DNA of 64,000 nt, taken from Macrostomum lignano (Eukaryota). This document shows positions 60,800 to 64,000 of the stretch, piece after piece. The notes under the pieces were generated by a model. That model worked only from the letters and a program-made list of their open reading frames with translations, was not told the DNA's origin and did not search any database. The first letter of the stretch is position 1; each line of letters begins with the position of its first letter. Location: positions 1-64,000 of the forward strand of contig NIVC01000277.1 in assembly GCA_002269645.1 (NCBI GenBank). Direction: 5' to 3'. The translations under genes were made by a program, and so were the position numbers.

Positions 60800-61075
60800 C
60801 TGTAGGGTTAGTGTTAGGGTTGGTGTTAGGGTTTCAAAGTTTAGAGTTAGGTTCAGGGTATAGCGTTAAGATTTGGCTTAGGGCTAGGGTTAGGGTAGCT
60901 TATAACTTAGCTCATGTAGCCTATTAAAAATGTTTATGGAAGCGTCATGCAAAAAATAATGCAAGCATCATGCAAAAACTCGTGAACAAAATATTAAATT
61001 TAGGGTTATGGTTAGGGTTGGTGTTATGGTTAGAAGTTTGACAGGAGATTTTTTAAGATTTCAAGGTTTAGCTAC
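60800..61075 (+). repeat. Degenerate TTAGGG-like repeats in two patches
   Basis: ttagggttagggt, gttagggttgg and variants at 60800-60900 and 61000-61025. Confidence 0.7.
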
Positions 61076-61833
61076 ATGTTGCTTATTAAAAAACCTGTAT
61101 TGCATTTCTTTTGCTCCCCAACGGGGGGCATTGATTGCTAGTTCTATCTAACTTATGTTACGTATAATGAACTGTACGTAATTTTCAGGCTCTCGAACAA
61201 TTAACACACTAAAGGCAGTGATGAGTATAGCAGTAACAAAAATACGAGCATGTCTGATTGCATATCTGATTGATTGCACAAATCGAACGCGTACAGTTTA
61301 TAGTGCGTGCGCAACTCCTAAAAATATATAAATATGGAAATTGATTGACATTTGCAAATCTCTTAATTTTTTAGAGTTTTATGCGCACACCATCGACTGT
61401 ACTAATAATTATATTGCAATACTATAACTGAAAACTATGTTAACAATTAGTACATGCAGAGTCTGTAGCGGTACATAGATAAAAGCACTGCCAAATAAAT
61501 TAATCAAGTTATTGAGAACTTAGCATTTAACGCTTCCCGCGCATCACCTTAGCCCGCTGCTGCTGCTGCTGCTGCTGCGAGAATTCAGCTGCAACAGCCC
61601 TTCTCCTCCGCCGCTGACGAATTCCGTGCAATATAGAATCAGCAAGCTGGGTCGGCCGAATCGCAGCGGAATAGTCTTCGCCACAGCTGCCATTACTGCC
61701 AGCGAACATTGCTGCTCGTCGGACAACAAGAGCGGAGGATATTGCCGCAGCAGCGCCGCCGTAGACGACTGCTGGAGCAGATACTAGGGCGGCAGACGAC
61801 GATGTTGACGACGACAAAGATGACATTCCCATC

Positions 61834-61910
61834 GCTTGCCGATTGTGTCTCACCTTCCCGAGGTGGCAAGCGGACAGGATGTGGTCACGCATCCTGGCAA
61901 AGAAGACGCA
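61834..61910 (+). ncRNA. HDV-like self-cleaving ribozyme
   Basis: P1 GCUUGCC/GGCAAGC; P3 ACC/GGU; L3 UUCCCGA; GG after P1; P4 CAGGAUG/CAUCCUG; J4/2 GCAAA (catalytic C at 61898); P2 UGUGUCUC/GAAGACGCA with one bulge. Confidence 0.85.
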
Positions 61911-62092
61911 GAGGGAATCCGGCACGGAGCCCAGCCCACGACGCAAGTCGGAACTGTGCAACCGGCCCTTTTCAGCAACGGCAGGTAGCCATGGCCGACC
62001 TAGCTGCCGCACAACACCAGGCCAACCACAGTCGAGACGGGGATGAGAAGAGAAAGAGAACAAGCAGGACCAACATCAAGAAGAAGAAGAGA

Positions 62093-62149
62093 CACCTTGC
62101 AGAAATAATAAGAATGAGACTAAGAACTATTGAAAAGAATCCGGGACCG
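62093..62149 (+). other. 2A-like ribosome-skipping motif (LRTIEKNPG/P)
   Basis: IEKNPGP at 62129-62149, upstream of the APE domain; D of the D(V/I)ExNPGP consensus is replaced by T. Confidence 0.65.
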
Positions 62150-63572
62150 AGAGCACAGGAAGCACCTAAAAAACAAACAAAAACGAATAAAAACGAGCGC
62201 AAACCAAAAAAAGACAAGTGAATGGAAGAAGAGGAGAAATGAAAGACGGAAAGAAAGAAGGACAAGAAGGAAGCAAAACGAGAAGAACCGCAGACAGAAG
62301 AGACTGAAAGAGGAGACTCGAATCACAACATGGAACGTGCAGAGAGCTAACATCCTGGACAGACGCTTCGGAGAAATAACGAAGAAAATAATGACAGAGA
62401 ACTGGCAAATCACTCTAATCTCAGAACTCAGAGCACCAGACGATGGAATAAGAAGCTACCACCAAAAAGGAAAGAATGTCCACCTGATTTACAGCAGGAA
62501 AGCGGGAATTGTACTCAATGATGAATGGTACACCATCTGGAGAGACAGCGGAGCAAAGGTAACGAGGTGCGAGAGAGCGGTTATGCTTGAAATCTACGAG
62601 TTATCAATCATCAGCATCTATAGTCCGGTCAGGGGCAGTCAACAATACGAAACAGAGCTGGCTGCACTCCGACATGAGATAGAACGGTACATCCATGCGG
62701 ATAAGACACCAAGACCACTGATTATAGGAGGAGATTTCAATGCTCAGATTGGCAAAAACTCGGAAAGACCAACACCAAACAGAGGGAAATTTGGCTTGGA
62801 GACAACAAATAAGCAGGGAGAAGACCTAGTGAACTGGTTGACATCCAACGACCTCGCATGGGTAAACTCGTTCTACCACCAAAAACGACGAGGGACATGG
62901 CAGAACCCAAGTAACAGAAGATGGTACGAAATTGATGGATTCGCGACAAGAGCAGAGGACCGTAATAAAATCATAAAATCAATTAAAAATCACAACGGCT
63001 GTGCACTGTCCGACCACATCCCAAAGACATTAATAATCAGGAGCGTTGCCGACACAGGAAAAAGACCGAACGCAAAAAGACTGTACAGGAGAAGTAATCA
63101 AGGCATCAACTGGAAGAAGCTCTATGATGAAGAGAACGCAACGAAATTCAAAAAAGAGTTGGAAAGAAGAATGCAAACGTGGAAGGAGAACAAGGAGGAA
63201 AGAGAACAACCACCATGGACAGAAGTGCAAAGAATAATCGTGGAGAGTGCAAAGTCGATTTGCGGACCAGCGAACCGACAAACAAATCCGTGGATGTCAT
63301 CCCACGAAAACGACCTAAAGAGGTTGCACGAAGAATTGGCTGTAAGACTCCAACAGAGGAACAGGGCCAGGGAAACCCACGGCCCGAGAAGCGAGCAGAC
63401 GAAGAGAGCAGAAGAGGCGCTGAGAAAAACACGAAAAACCCAAAAAAACACGGTGCGTGAATGGGAAGAACAGTGGTGGGATCAACTGGCCGACGAATGT
63501 AGAAACGCAGCAGACAAAGGACAAATAGCGGTGGTATACGACAAACTCCGACTCCTAGACAAAAGAGGCACG

Positions 63573-64000
63573 CCCGCTGGAAAATGGTGCCTCAGCGCAA
63601 GCGTGATTTTGGCGTTTTTTAAGCAGAGAAGGCGAGTTTTGGGTGTGCAGAGCGTGCTTTGGGCTGGCTGAGTGTCAGTTAGGCGTAAAATTGGGGTGGT
63701 TGGTGGGGGGAGAGAAAAACGCCAAACCCGCTTAACCAGCTAATAAACGCCTGGGCAACTTAGGCAGCTAATTTTACGCGCAACCAGCTGGAAAGACGCC
63801 TAGGCAGCTAAGTTTACGGCCATGTAGGAAAGTACGCTTGGGCCGCCGAAATTACGCTCTGCCCGCCCAAATGACGCTTTGGCTGCTCTGACAGCCAATT
63901 TTACGCTCAACCTACTGAAGTGACGCTTAGACAGCTAAGCTTACGCCCAACCAGTTGGAATGACGCCTAGCCAGCTAAGTTTACGCCAACGGGATCATGC
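63573..64000. mobile_element. Terminus and subterminal repeats of another probable EnSpm/CACTA element
   Basis: Begins CCCGCTGG where RTE homology stops; repeated gacgcctag.cagctaagtttacg units; TACGCCCAACC is shared with 44014. Confidence 0.55.

Larger units (their letters stand above)
61834..63572 (+). mobile_element. RTE-clade non-LTR retrotransposon, 5' part (APE endonuclease); RT lost at a later insertion
   Basis: ATG at 61991; ITTWNVQ, LISELR, IYSP, IIGGDFNAQIG, RGTWQNPSNRRWYEIDGF, LSDH; one frameshift near 62200. Confidence 0.88.

Overview
Eukaryotic (animal) genomic DNA, almost entirely nested mobile elements. GT-AG introns, TATA boxes and TTAGGG-like repeats indicate an invertebrate; a free-living flatworm is plausible but the host cannot be proven from sequence. 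No clear ordinary host gene is present. (1) 1-7.0 kb: a compact minus-strand gene train of a Polinton/Maverick/adintovirus-like element, running off the left edge. It encodes a protein-primed family B DNA polymerase, a deoxynucleoside kinase, a divergent TATA-binding-protein (TBP)-fold protein, an ORF missed by the track, and a spliced probable ssDNA-binding protein behind a TATA box. (2) 16.5-33 kb and 42-60 kb: several animal EnSpm/CACTA-type elements (tnp2-type transposases, BEN/DUF4806-like accessory genes). One 10.6-kb element sits inside another's transposase with a TA target duplication. Among them are genes resembling DNA-repair or ssDNA-handling factors: a compact CtIP/Sae2/Ctp1-like gene, a PC4 gene, an RPA70 (DBD-A+B)-like gene and a RING finger gene. 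(3) Fragments of Tc1, hAT, DIRS, Gypsy and Penelope elements. (4) An RTE-type LINE at 61.8-63.6 kb with a complete HDV-like ribozyme at its 5' end and a 2A-like NPGP motif. Several tandem arrays occur, one with higher-order structure. Most genes carry single-base frameshifts, which may be decay or long-read assembly error. All protein assignments come from motif recognition by eye; no searches were run.
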